In this document: in pieces, positions 10,711 to 19,494 of the stretch | Layout: the number at the start of each line of letters is the position of its first letter | Numbering within the stretch: the first letter of the stretch is position 1 | From: a virus | DNA length: 64,000 nucleotides | Direction: 5' to 3' (one strand) | IMG/VR virus record: IMGVR_UViG_3300029705_000074 | The notes under the pieces: model-generated | The model's input: the letters and a program-made list of their open reading frames with translations, nothing else | What the model was told of the DNA's origin: nothing | The model's database searches: none | Made by a program: the position numbers and the translations under genes

Positions 10711-10848
10711 ATGTGGGAATTTGAAGTGATTTGGAACAACGGCGAGAGAGACATCATTTTCGGTTACAATCTCAAAGATGCTTGCCGCCGCAGTAAGCGA
10801 GATACGAGCGAAGTCCAAAATGTTTTGATACAAGAATACATTGACTGA
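10711..10848 (+). CDS. small hypothetical protein (45 aa)
   Basis: SD AAAGGAGGCAGAG + ATG; followed by terminator 10853-10886. Confidence 0.35.
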   Translation: MWEFEVIWNNGERDIIFGYNLKDACRRSKRDTSEVQNVLIQEYID

Positions 10849-10852
10849 GATG

Positions 10853-10886
10853 AGCCGGCTGAGAAATCAGCCGGTTTCTTTTTTAT
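10853..10886 (+). terminator. rho-independent terminator
   Basis: AGCCGGCTGAGAAATCAGCCGGTT followed by TCTTTTTT. Confidence 0.6.
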
Positions 10887-11047
10887 CCCAAAACCTTGGC
10901 AGGCCGCGCACGCTCGGCGCGGCCTGTTTTTATGCTATTATTCATCCTGCACAATTTTCGCTATAAAGATTTGTGCAATTTGCCCACTTGACTTTCTCCC
11001 GAAACCATGCTATACTTTAGATACAATCAAGAGAGGAGAGAAAGCCA

Positions 11048-11200
11048 ATGACCACTTTCACAATCATCATTTTAGTCCTGTTTGTCGGTATGCTCGCCTA
11101 TCAGTTTGTGGCGGCTATTGACCGTGAGTGCTACGGCTTGTCCGTGATGTTCGCTCTGGAAATCATTTTCTTCGCTTACCTCGCAAAAACTTTGATGTAA
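11048..11200 (+). CDS. small membrane protein (50 aa)
   Basis: Promoter TTGACT 10988 / TATACT 11011; SD GAGAGGAGAG; two hydrophobic helices. Confidence 0.4.
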   Translation: MTTFTIIILVLFVGMLAYQFVAAIDRECYGLSVMFALEIIFFAYLAKTLM

Positions 11201-11204
11201 GGGC

Positions 11205-11233
11205 TTGACAAGCCGCCGCAAGTGTGCTATAAT
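11205..11233 (+). promoter_or_regulatory. early promoter (TTGACA-17-TGTGCTATAAT)
   Basis: Consensus with extended -10 upstream of 11283. Confidence 0.55.
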
Positions 11234-11282
11234 CTAATCAATAAAGGGTGACACCCTTAACAGTCAGAAAGGATGTTGAGTT

Positions 11283-11696
11283 ATGAGAGTTACCAAGACT
11301 ATCAGAGAGTTTATCGAGCGTGAGGTATCTACCCGCCTTGCTCCCAAGTATGAGGCAGAAAAGCAGGAAGCACAGCGTCAGAATGACATTGAGCAAAAGG
11401 TCTGGGAAGATGCCATGACCGCCGCTCAGGAAGCCTATGACAAAGTCATGGCAAAAGCCTTTGCCGATTATGACTTTCTGGAAAACCTGCACCATGATGA
11501 CCGCCGTTGTGTGGAACTGCGCAAGCATTGCGCCTTTACCATCAAGGACAGACAGAGTTATGCCAATGTTCATTGTTGGCAGCGCCGCATGACTGCTGAA
11601 GCCAAGAAAACCGTTGATGAAATCATCGTGGAACTGGAACTGGGCGGCACTAAGGCGGAGCTGATGGAAATGCTGGACAAGGTTGGGCGGGTTTAA
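11283..11696 (+). CDS. hypothetical early protein
   Basis: Promoter TTGACA 11205 / TGTGCTATAAT; stop TAA. Confidence 0.55.
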   Translation: MRVTKTIREFIEREVSTRLAPKYEAEKQEAQRQNDIEQKVWEDAMTAAQEAYDKVMAKAFADYDFLENLHHDDRRCVELRKHCAFTIKDRQSYANVHCWQRRMTAEAKKTVDEIIVELELGGTKAELMEMLDKVGRV

Positions 11697-11723
11697 TACC
11701 CCGCCCGCCGCAGGAGGTGTAAT

Positions 11724-12026
11724 ATGAAAGCAACAGGTATCGTTCGTCGTGTTGATGACCTCGGCAGGGTTGTCATACCCAAGGAAATCCGCAAGAGCTG
11801 CGGCATCAGAGAAGGTGACCCTCTGGAAATCTATATCGAGAAGATTGAAGGGATGCCGGCGGTTTGCTTCTGCAAATATGAAACCAGTTTTGTCGCTTCT
11901 CTGGCTCGTATGGCTGACCGCATTGACGATGAAATGATGGACAGCGCAACCAACAAACAGCGTGGCGAAGTGCGTGACCTCTTCAACGAAATCGCAAAAA
12001 TTCTCAAGGAGTGGGAAGAAAGCTGA
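11724..12026 (+). CDS. AbrB/SpoVT-family transcriptional regulator
   Basis: GIVRRVDDLGRVVIPKEIRKSCGIREGDPLEI is a textbook AbrB N-domain; SD GGAGGTG. Confidence 0.6.
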   Translation: MKATGIVRRVDDLGRVVIPKEIRKSCGIREGDPLEIYIEKIEGMPAVCFCKYETSFVASLARMADRIDDEMMDSATNKQRGEVRDLFNEIAKILKEWEES

Positions 12027-12283
12027 GGGGCAACCCTCGGCTTCTTTTTTTTGCTTTGTCGGCTTCTCGGCCGACCGCGCACGCCTGTGGCGGTCGGCAT
12101 TTTAGACAAACATTCTTCCAGCAATTTCCAATTCCATTTGCTCGTCAATTTGCACAATCACTGGCTTCCTAAAACCTTACACTTTGTGCAAAACGCCATG
12201 TTGACATTCTCTATTGTTTGTGGTATTATTATTACAGAAAGAGAGAGAAACACCACTACACAACACAGAAAGGATTTGTTACT

Positions 12284-12757
12284 ATGAACTTCTTGATTAC
12301 CTTTATCGTGCTATCCATCATCAACGTTATCTTCTCCACCATACGCTCCATTACCACTATCAAGAGTGGTAAAACCCTTGCAAGCCTTATCTCCGGCGGT
12401 TATTTCGCTTTCTACAATGTCATGCTCATCTATACCGTGGCAGACTTCCCCATGTGGCAGAAATGCCTTATCACTTTTGTTTGTAATGTCATAGGTGTGT
12501 GGATTGTCAAGTATGCAGAGCAGAAAATGCAGAAAGACAAGTTGTGGAAAGTTGAAGCCACGGTTAAGCCTGCCGAAGCATACGACATTGAGTTGTATTG
12601 TGCCAAGAATAACATTCCCATGTCTTATATTGACATTGAGAAATACATCATCTTTAACTTCTACTGTGCTACGCAGGAAGAGAGCCGCAAGGTGAAAGCA
12701 ATTCTTGACCAAGCCGACGCAAAATACTTTGTAAGCGAAAGCAAAACTCTCACATAA
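12284..12757 (+). CDS. membrane protein (3-4 TM helices)
   Basis: Promoter TTGACA 12201; ATG after AAAGGA; hydrophobic N-terminal half; stop TAA. Confidence 0.55.
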   Translation: MNFLITFIVLSIINVIFSTIRSITTIKSGKTLASLISGGYFAFYNVMLIYTVADFPMWQKCLITFVCNVIGVWIVKYAEQKMQKDKLWKVEATVKPAEAYDIELYCAKNNIPMSYIDIEKYIIFNFYCATQEESRKVKAILDQADAKYFVSESKTLT

Positions 12758-12760
12758 GGT

Positions 12761-12789
12761 ATTGACAAGCCGAAAGGTTTGTGATATAA
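12761..12789 (+). promoter_or_regulatory. early promoter (TTGACA-17-TGTGATATAAT)
   Basis: Upstream of 12847. Confidence 0.55.
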
Positions 12790-12846
12790 TACAATCATCA
12801 AGAGGGGAGTAACCCTCCCCTCTACACAAAGAAAGGATTTGAATGT

Positions 12847-13125
12847 ATGAATATTCCCGTCAAGATTTATGTCAACCACGCCTATGAAGAGGTGCTGACC
12901 GAGGAAGAGTACAAGACCAAGGTCGCGGAAGAGACCGCCGAAATCTACAAGGACAAGGAAGCGCTGGCCGAATGGCTCGATGATAACTTCGATGAAATCG
13001 ACATCTGGGACATGACGCCGGAACAGCGGGCCAAGGCTGAGGCCGACTGGGCAGAGTACAGCAAGAGACACGCTGAGGAAAAGCTCGATGATGATGGCTG
13101 GTGCCAGTATGAGCTGATGCTGTAA
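12847..13125 (+). CDS. hypothetical acidic protein
   Basis: Promoter TTGACA 12761 / TGTGATATAAT; SD AAAGGA; stop TAA. Confidence 0.5.
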   Translation: MNIPVKIYVNHAYEEVLTEEEYKTKVAEETAEIYKDKEALAEWLDDNFDEIDIWDMTPEQRAKAEADWAEYSKRHAEEKLDDDGWCQYELML

Positions 13126-13249
13126 ACGCTTCTGGAGGGGTTGAGCGCAATTCAGCCCCACCCCACTAACCTCCATCCTTTCTATCCTCTCTTCTCTTGG
13201 CAAAAGGCTCCAACGAAAGTTGGGGTCTTTTGTCATTTTCTTTTATCTG

Positions 13250-13295
13250 CGGCTGCCGGCCCGCTGGCGCTCGCAGCGGGCCGTATTTCTCTTTT
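13250..13295 (+). terminator. rho-independent terminator
   Basis: GGCCCGCTGGCGCTCGCAGCGGGCC followed by GTATTTCTCTTTT. Confidence 0.55.
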
Positions 13296-13310
13296 GTGCA
13301 AGCTGCACAA
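13294..13310. promoter_or_regulatory. palindromic operator-like site TTGTGCAAGCTGCACAA
   Basis: Same palindrome as 8965-8981, between a terminator and the promoter at 13342. Confidence 0.4.
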
Positions 13311-13451
13311 ATTTTACATCAAAACTTTGTGCATTTTGACAGTTGACTTTTATCCTAAAAGGTGGTATTCTATACTTGTCAAGAGGGAGTGGTCCCAATG
13401 GGCGAGGGTAATGCAATGTAAGTCCCACAGTTTAGATTGAGTCGCGACAAT

Positions 13452-13480
13452 TTGACAAGCTCTCTAAAGCGTGATATACT
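13452..13480 (+). promoter_or_regulatory. early promoter (TTGACA-17-GTGATATACT)
   Basis: Upstream of 13515. Confidence 0.55.
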
Positions 13481-13514
13481 AATACCATCAAGAGCAGAAA
13501 GGATTTGAGAGATT

Positions 13515-14294
13515 ATGATTGACCATCGCAAGCACTATGTTCTGGTAGTTGATACCGAAACCGCCAATACCCTTGTGACAGAGGACGGCAAAATGGATAT
13601 GTCCAATGTCCTTGTCTATGATTGCGGCTGGGCGGTAGTTGACACCAAAGGCGTGATTTATGAAACCGCTTCCTATGTGAATAGGGATATTTTCTGTGAC
13701 GAGCGTGACCTTATGCGTACCGCTTACTATAACTGGAAAATCCCCCGTTATGTTGAGGAACTGCGAGCCGGTCAGCGCATTATGGCAAGCACCTATGAAA
13801 TCCGGCAGGCCATGCTTGAAGTCATCGAGAAGTATGGCATTAGAGAGGTAGCCGCCTATAATGCCCGCTTTGATGATAACGCCCTGCGTGTCACTCAGCG
13901 ATACTGCACCGCTTCCAAGTGGCGTTACTGGTTCCCCTTTGACAGCGTGGAAATCTGGGACATTATGAAGATGGCGCAAGATGTTATCTGCAAAATGCCC
14001 ACCTATAAGAAGTTCTGTACCGAGAATGGCTACATCCTGCCCAACGGCGCACCTCGCAAGACTGCGGAAATCCTGTGGCGGTATATCTCCGGCAACAATG
14101 ACTTCGAGGAAAGCCATACTGGTCTGGAAGATGTGCTGATTGAAGCGGAAATCATGTGGTACTGCTTCCGACAGCATAAGCCTATGAGAAAGGCGCTGTA
14201 TGAGAACAAGCGAGAGTTCCCCGAAAGCACCCCATTTCAGCGTGACCTTATGGCAAGCCTGAAATCCACTCCGACCTTGAGGGGATGGGCGTAA
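13515..14294 (+). CDS. DEDD-family 3'-5' exonuclease (DnaQ-like)
   Basis: Exo motifs VVDTETAN, YNARFD and HTGLEDV; promoter TTGACA 13452 / GTGATATACT. Confidence 0.65.
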   Translation: MIDHRKHYVLVVDTETANTLVTEDGKMDMSNVLVYDCGWAVVDTKGVIYETASYVNRDIFCDERDLMRTAYYNWKIPRYVEELRAGQRIMASTYEIRQAMLEVIEKYGIREVAAYNARFDDNALRVTQRYCTASKWRYWFPFDSVEIWDIMKMAQDVICKMPTYKKFCTENGYILPNGAPRKTAEILWRYISGNNDFEESHTGLEDVLIEAEIMWYCFRQHKPMRKALYENKREFPESTPFQRDLMASLKSTPTLRGWA

Positions 14295-14321
14295 GCCCTC
14301 CCCTTCCGCAGGAGGTTTTTA

Positions 14322-14581
14322 TGAAAACTTTACAAGAAGAAATCCAGCGTATATGGTCAGAAGTCGCTGAAATTAGCTCCAATGTATTTTATGGCAAGAG
14401 TATCGCCGCCAGGGTTAAAGAGCGTTTCCCCTCTATCACTCCTTTAGAGTATGACGCAAGTGAGAAAATTTGGGACGAGCTCTACCGAGAACGCAGAAAG
14501 CTTCAAGAAGCTTTGGAACAAAATCGTTATCAAATCAAAGCTATTGAAGCGATTATTCAACGAGAAATCCAGGAGGGATAA
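14322..14581 (+). CDS. hypothetical protein
   Basis: SD GCAGGAGG + ATG; stop TAA. Confidence 0.5.
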
Positions 14582-14582
14582 C

Positions 14583-14765
14583 ATGAAAACTAAAACCCTT
14601 TACACAAGCTGTCTTTGTCCCGATGCCGTTTATATGGTCATTCAGGTTATTGAGCGGATGGGATGGGCGCATGATGAACCAGATGAATTTGGGGATATTT
14701 TGGTAAAAGTCCCTATCGACGAGGAACACCTGTTCGACTTTATCGACAACTGCATGTGTCAGTAA
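14583..14765 (+). CDS. small hypothetical protein (60 aa)
   Basis: ATG overlapping the previous stop, SD GGAGGGA; followed by a tandem terminator. Confidence 0.45.
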   Translation: MKTKTLYTSCLCPDAVYMVIQVIERMGWAHDEPDEFGDILVKVPIDEEHLFDFIDNCMCQ

Positions 14766-14766
14766 A

Positions 14767-14830
14767 GAGGGCTTCGGCCCTCTTTTTGCGTTTCGCCGGG
14801 CCGCCAGCGTGCGTGGCGGCCCGAATTTTA
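14767..14830 (+). terminator. tandem terminators
   Basis: GAGGGCTTCGGCCCTCTTTTT followed by GGGCCGCCAGCGTGCGTGGCGGCCCGAATTTT. Confidence 0.55.
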
Positions 14831-15039
14831 ACCTTTAATTGTATCACAAAATTTTCGTTTCGTCAAGTGGGCAAATTGCACAAACCTATACTTCCTAAAA
14901 CCTGTTATTTTGTGCAAAATCCCATCTTGCAATTCTGCTTGCCTTGTGCTACAATTAAGACAGTAAAGGACAGGACAACGAACGGCGGACAGCGACAGCG
15001 TTTGACCTCTTCGATACGAAAAAAAGTTGAAAAAACCTC

Positions 15040-15258
15040 TTGACAAACTCCGGCAGATGTGCTACAATAAAGAGGAAGTCAGGCAAGAACAACGGTTTTG
15101 AAACGGCGAGTAGCGACAGTCAAAAAAGTTGAAAAAAGGCTTGACAAACTCCGCAAGGTGTGGTACAATAGAGGTACAGTAAAGGTTATAGCATACCAAG
15201 CCAAGTTTGAAAAAAACTTGAAAAAGGGCTTGACAAGCAAGGCAAGGTGTGATATAAT
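15040..15258 (+). promoter_or_regulatory. three tandem consensus promoters at 15040-15068, 15141-15169 and 15230-15258
   Basis: Each copy: A-rich upstream AAGTTGAAAAAA, TTGACA, 17 nt, TG-TACAAT or TG-TATAAT; spaced about 90-100 nt upstream of 15306. Confidence 0.55.
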
Positions 15259-15305
15259 AAATACAACAAATGGGTGATGACCTACATCAGAAAGGAAGTA
15301 TTCCT

Positions 15306-15695
15306 ATGAGCGAAAAGAAAATCCGTATCACCAAGTCCCAGCGTTTCGAGGACATTATCGCCCTGCTGAATGGCGAGCCTGTCAAGTACGGCACTGATAC
15401 CGCTACTGCGGTGGAAGTTCTGGAGCATGAGATGGGTCTGCTCGCCAAGAAGAACTCCGGCGATAACAAGAAGCAGACCGCCGCCCAGAAGGAGAACGAG
15501 GGCTATAAGGAGCTGTTGGCTGAGTTCCTGGCTACCAAGCCCGAGGGTGCCACCTGCACCGAGTGCCTCAAGGGTATCCCTGCCCTGTCCGAGTATTCCA
15601 ATCAGAAAGTCAGCGCCCTGCTCCGTCAGATGAAGCTGGCTGGTCGTGTGACCTCTACTGAGGTCAAGGGCAAGACCTACTTCTCTCTGGCATAA
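15306..15695 (+). CDS. hypothetical protein driven by three tandem promoters
   Basis: ATG after AAAGGAAG; three consensus promoters at 15040, 15141 and 15230 upstream. Confidence 0.55.
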   Translation: MSEKKIRITKSQRFEDIIALLNGEPVKYGTDTATAVEVLEHEMGLLAKKNSGDNKKQTAAQKENEGYKELLAEFLATKPEGATCTECLKGIPALSEYSNQKVSALLRQMKLAGRVTSTEVKGKTYFSLA

Positions 15696-15804
15696 TCCCC
15701 ACGGGCAGGGGATAGCAATATCCCCTGCCCTGCCCCAAGGAAAGGTGGTGTAAGTTATCGCAAGCCGTATCACAGACGCAGAACGCCTTGCACGCTATGA
15801 CAAG

Positions 15805-16155
15805 TTGGGCTTGTCCGATAAGGAAAAGCAAGACTTGCTTGCTTATGACAAGGCGGTGGAGCGTGGCGAAAAGACCGAGTTTGACCTTGCCCCCGATAAG
15901 GCAAAAGCCGCTCAAAAGTTCGCCCACGCAGGAACGCGCAAAGCACCCACGGCGTACAAGTTTACGCCCCGACAGCGCAAGCCTAATGCCACTAAGGGCG
16001 GTATCATCGCAGAGTTGGCGGAGTTTCTGGAAAAGCATAGTCAATTCTCTATTGCTGAACTGGAAATCACGAACAAAGAGCGACAGATTGCCTTTAAGAT
16101 TGGCGAGGACGCTTTCGAGCTGACGCTGGTGCAGAAGCGCAAGCCTAAGAAATAA
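15805..16155 (+). CDS. hypothetical protein (N-terminus uncertain)
   Basis: The coding-like frame is open from 15754 with no ATG/GTG. A strong SD AAAGGTGGTG at 15742 is followed by in-frame ATC 15757; TTG 15805 is the supplied start. Confidence 0.4.
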   Translation: MGLSDKEKQDLLAYDKAVERGEKTEFDLAPDKAKAAQKFAHAGTRKAPTAYKFTPRQRKPNATKGGIIAELAEFLEKHSQFSIAELEITNKERQIAFKIGEDAFELTLVQKRKPKK

Positions 16156-16217
16156 GGGGACGGGCGGGGAACGCCTAACCCGTCCCCACCCACCCCATAC
16201 AGAGGGGAGGGAAAGTT

Positions 16218-16568
16218 ATACCCAAGACCGAGAAAGAGTTTCTGTATGTTGGGCACTATGTAGATGTTAAAGGTCGATACATTCTGAAAATCGGCACTAC
16301 TAACAATCTGGAACGCCGAGCCAAGGAACATACCCGAAACTATCGCCGAGCACCGGACTATACCATGCCGGAAGATGAAGTTTTCCACTATGACTGGTGG
16401 TTGCCCTTGTCCAAATACAACACCCTGCGATATGAGGACTTGAACCGGGCGCTCTGGCAGGAAATGGAAATCGGCCACTTTATCCGAAACGATAGGTTTT
16501 ATGTGACCGATAAGCTCGACATGGTAACTGTCACAATTCGCAAGACCTACTTCATTCCTTTAGCTTAA
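16218..16568 (+). CDS. GIY-YIG nuclease-domain protein (start uncertain)
   Basis: YVGHYVDVKGRYILKIGTTNNLERRAKEH is GIY-YIG-like. The frame is open from SD GGGGAGGG 16203 with in-frame ATA 16218; the first ATG (16365) would truncate the domain. Confidence 0.4.
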   Translation: MPKTEKEFLYVGHYVDVKGRYILKIGTTNNLERRAKEHTRNYRRAPDYTMPEDEVFHYDWWLPLSKYNTLRYEDLNRALWQEMEIGHFIRNDRFYVTDKLDMVTVTIRKTYFIPLA

Positions 16569-16791
16569 TAAAGCGCCGCTCCAATAGGGGCGGCGTTTTT
16601 CGTCATTTTGCACAAAGCCTCGGCCGGCCGCTTGCGTTCGCAGCGGCCGGAATTTTCTATTTATCCACTTTCCACAATTTTTCCATCGAAATTTTGTGCA
16701 ACTTGACGACTTGACTTTTTCCCGTATGTGTGCTATACTTTAGTTACAGTAAAGGGAACGAGAAACCCTGACAAGAAAGGACTTGACTTCT

Positions 16792-17256
16792 ATGATTTTC
16801 TGTTTTGACATGGATGGTACGATTGCTGACCTGTATGCAGTCCCCAACTGGAAACAAAAGCTCGAAAACGAGGACGCTTCTCCCTATCGCTTTGCTGCTC
16901 CCATCTGGGATATGCGGGAACTGAATGAAGCCCTCATGCTTCTGGCTAAGGAAGGACATGAAATCCGCGTCATCTCTTGGCTGGCTATGGACAGTAGCGA
17001 GGAATATAAAGACGCCGTCCGAGCCGCCAAAATGGAATGGCTTGAGCAGTATGACTTCCCGGTTGATAAATGCCATTTCGTAGCCTATGGCACAACAAAA
17101 GCAAATTGTGTGCGGAAGGCCGCCTGTGAGAACCCTGCCATCTTGATTGATGATAACGCCAAAGTGAGAAATGGGTGGCACTTGGGCGAAACCATCGACC
17201 CCACCGCAGTTGATGACCTGCCCGCAGTTTTGAGAAAGTATTTGAAGGAGGTGTGA
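16792..17256 (+). CDS. HAD-superfamily 5'(3')-deoxyribonucleotidase-like protein
   Basis: FCFDMDGTIADLY is the DxDGT motif I of NT5C-type HAD phosphatases; SD AAAGGA. Confidence 0.55.
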   Translation: MIFCFDMDGTIADLYAVPNWKQKLENEDASPYRFAAPIWDMRELNEALMLLAKEGHEIRVISWLAMDSSEEYKDAVRAAKMEWLEQYDFPVDKCHFVAYGTTKANCVRKAACENPAILIDDNAKVRNGWHLGETIDPTAVDDLPAVLRKYLKEV

Positions 17257-17259
17257 GAT

Positions 17260-17496
17260 ATGGATTTCGGAAATATGAGCAACGAGGAACTGCGCCAGCT
17301 TGCTTCCGCAGTTGAAAAAGAAATGGCTATCCGCCGCCAGTATAAGCAGGAACAGCTTTGGGGAGAAGTTCGTGAAGCTATCCGCAAATACTGTGAAGAG
17401 TTTGGTAGCATTACTTTCTACCTCGAATATTCTGACTCGGTATATCTGAACGAGAGATGCGATTTTTCCTCTATCGGAGAGATTACCACCGAGTAA
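17260..17496 (+). CDS. hypothetical protein
   Basis: ATG 4 nt after the previous stop; followed by terminator 17497-17524. Confidence 0.5.
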   Translation: MDFGNMSNEELRQLASAVEKEMAIRRQYKQEQLWGEVREAIRKYCEEFGSITFYLEYSDSVYLNERCDFSSIGEITTE

Positions 17497-17578
17497 GAGA
17501 GGCTTCGGCCTCTCTTTTTTTGGCTTCGTTTCAAGCCCTATGTCGGGCCGGTCGCGGGCGACTCGGCCCGTTTTACCA
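17497..17578 (+). terminator. tandem terminators ending the early region
   Basis: GAGAGGCTTCGGCCTCTCTTTTTTT followed by GGGCCGGTCGCGGGCGACTCGGCCCGTTTT. Confidence 0.55.
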
Positions 17579-17599
17579 AATTTTTTATCATATGGCAAA

Positions 17600-18130
17600 T
17601 TTTCGTTCAAAAACGCGACCCTATATCGCCACACCCATTTTCCCGAATCATAACCCGATCGGATTGACTCTCATATCGCCTCTAGCTCTTCAAAATTAGT
17701 CGGCTTAATCTGGTTTCGAAAATCTTATCCGACCCCATATACAATTAACTACAGCCTAGCTGTAGCTCTGCTTTTTCTAATCCAGAGAGAAATTTTATTG
17801 CGGCCCGATCGGATTTTCTGGATTTTTAGTCATTTTTTATCAAGATTCATAGCATTTTATACCTCGCTGGCCGCATTCCATCCACTTTTATTTCATATTG
17901 GTTTGATTTTATTATAAAAATATGTTATTATATAAAAAAAAGAAAAAAAATCGCCGCAATCGAAGCAAAAACGGCATAAAATGCCCTCTATTTCTTCAAA
18001 AATAGTAAAACTACCTTCGATTCGTATTTCCTATTTGATTACATATACCGCTCAATACATCCTACCTGTTGCTAAGCAAAAGCAGTAACTGAGAGAAATT
18101 TTTCCTGCGCGACCGATCGGATAAACTGGC
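17600..18130. repeat. AT-rich non-coding block with recurring CCGATCGG(A) motif
   Basis: CCCGATCGGATT at 17607 and 17796, GACCGATCGGATAA at 18104, GTCCGATCGG at 18790. The same motif occurs twice at 40614-40650. No ORFs, between the early and middle regions. Confidence 0.4.
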
Positions 18131-18216
18131 TCGCCGCAGGTTTGCAATATCATAATAAATATATTATAATAAATATAGAAAATGAATAGGAGGCAAGTAG
18201 CTCCTAAACAAGAGGA

Positions 18217-18714
18217 GTGAATACGAGATATATGGTTAATTTTGACGAGATTATCGCCCTTGCTATGAAGGAAGGCAAATCTATCGAGGAGATTGCCAAG
18301 GAGATGTCCAATGCTCTCAATGAGGCATCTAAGCCCAAGATTACCCCTCGTGATGCATACCTGGCCGAACTGCAGGATCAGGTTGAAGATGCCATGGACG
18401 ACGAAGAGTTCGACCTGTCTGACTCCATCGCAGTCCTGACCCTGTGCGTGGTAGAGAACCACGATGACTGGTCTCTGGAGGGTATCAAGGCATTTGTGGA
18501 TGGCATTACCGAGCAGGTCGCCATGACCGAGAAGACCATCGACTGTGTCGAGCATGGCGGCAACATTGTGGAAGTTCTGATGGGTTCTCTGGCCGATGCC
18601 CTGAAGAGCAAAAGCAAGAGCAATGAAGATAAGAGTGGCTGTACGTGCGGCAGCCAGTGTCACCGATCTGATGACGAGAAGTTGAATATGTTTCTCAAGA
18701 ACCTGGGGATTTAA
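18217..18714 (+). CDS. hypothetical acidic protein
   Basis: First gene after the AT-rich non-coding block; GTG 18217 or ATG 18232; followed by a bidirectional terminator. Confidence 0.5.
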   Translation: MNTRYMVNFDEIIALAMKEGKSIEEIAKEMSNALNEASKPKITPRDAYLAELQDQVEDAMDDEEFDLSDSIAVLTLCVVENHDDWSLEGIKAFVDGITEQVAMTEKTIDCVEHGGNIVEVLMGSLADALKSKSKSNEDKSGCTCGSQCHRSDDEKLNMFLKNLGI

Positions 18715-18732
18715 TTCTCCAGGTTTTTTCTT
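18697..18732. terminator. bidirectional terminator between convergent genes
   Basis: AACCTGGGGATTTAATTCTCCAGGTTTTTTC. Confidence 0.5.
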
Positions 18733-18864
18733 TTATATAGGTAGGATAACGGAGACGATGACGGGAGGTGAGAGCGAGGTGCTAGTGTGTCCGATCGGCA
18801 CCACACTTGCCTATTTTCATGCTATTTTACTATTCCACACCATCACTCTCACCTAATCCCGTTC

Positions 18865-19158
18865 TCACCACAGTATTTGAATAGGCTTACCCTCTGGTAT
18901 CTCGTATATCCCCATGTCTCTCAATACCTCTTCACCTATCCTATAATCCTCAAACACATTCCCTTTTACTCTACCAATGTTCTTCCCATTCGCGTCATAA
19001 ACCTCTTCCCATTTCTCGATATCTTCCATCAATATCCATTCATCACTCACATAAACATATACCTCTCCCTTATCTGATATTCCTACCATGCCATCTACCG
19101 GATTTTCATATGGATATCTTACAACTTTGAAATGAGTTTGCCGAATACTACTCTCCAT
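18865..19158 (-). CDS. hypothetical protein
   Basis: 97-aa ORF, stop TGA, ATG 2 nt after the upstream gene stop. Confidence 0.5.
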   Translation of the reverse strand: MESSIRQTHFKVVRYPYENPVDGMVGISDKGEVYVYVSDEWILMEDIEKWEEVYDANGKNIGRVKGNVFEDYRIGEEVLRDMGIYEIPEGKPIQILW

Positions 19159-19159
19159 T

Positions 19160-19480
19160 TCAAGTTCCCTCTGCCTGAGTTTCCTTCAACGCCTCATCAA
19201 ATAGCTAATATAACCCCTCTTTATCCATCTCACACCACCAATACTCATAAGCTTCGTATCCCTCATATTCAAATATTGTTCCATTGACCGCTTCCAGTAG
19301 AATTACATGTTCTAGCTTGGGAAACCAAGATATAAAAAGACTGCTAAGCAAAATGGGTAGCAACCCATCGGCTATTACATCTAAATCAAAACTAATTTCT
19401 CCATCTGAATATTTATCCCACGCACTTCTATACTATGCATATATCTCATAAAACCTATTCCATAGTGCTCTATCTATCAT
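19160..19480 (-). CDS. hypothetical protein (two in-frame TAG)
   Basis: ATG 19480 after TAAAGGAGAG; the frame is open through two TAG codons to TGA 19160-19162. Confidence 0.4.
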
Positions 19481-19494
19481 GTTTTGTCTCTCCT

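Noticed and set aside
12311-13236. Minus-strand ORFs 12311-12829 and 12661-13236 in the early region
   Set aside because: All supported genes between 4.5 and 18.7 kb are on the plus strand with promoter/SD/terminator punctuation. These are antisense shadows of plus-strand genes.
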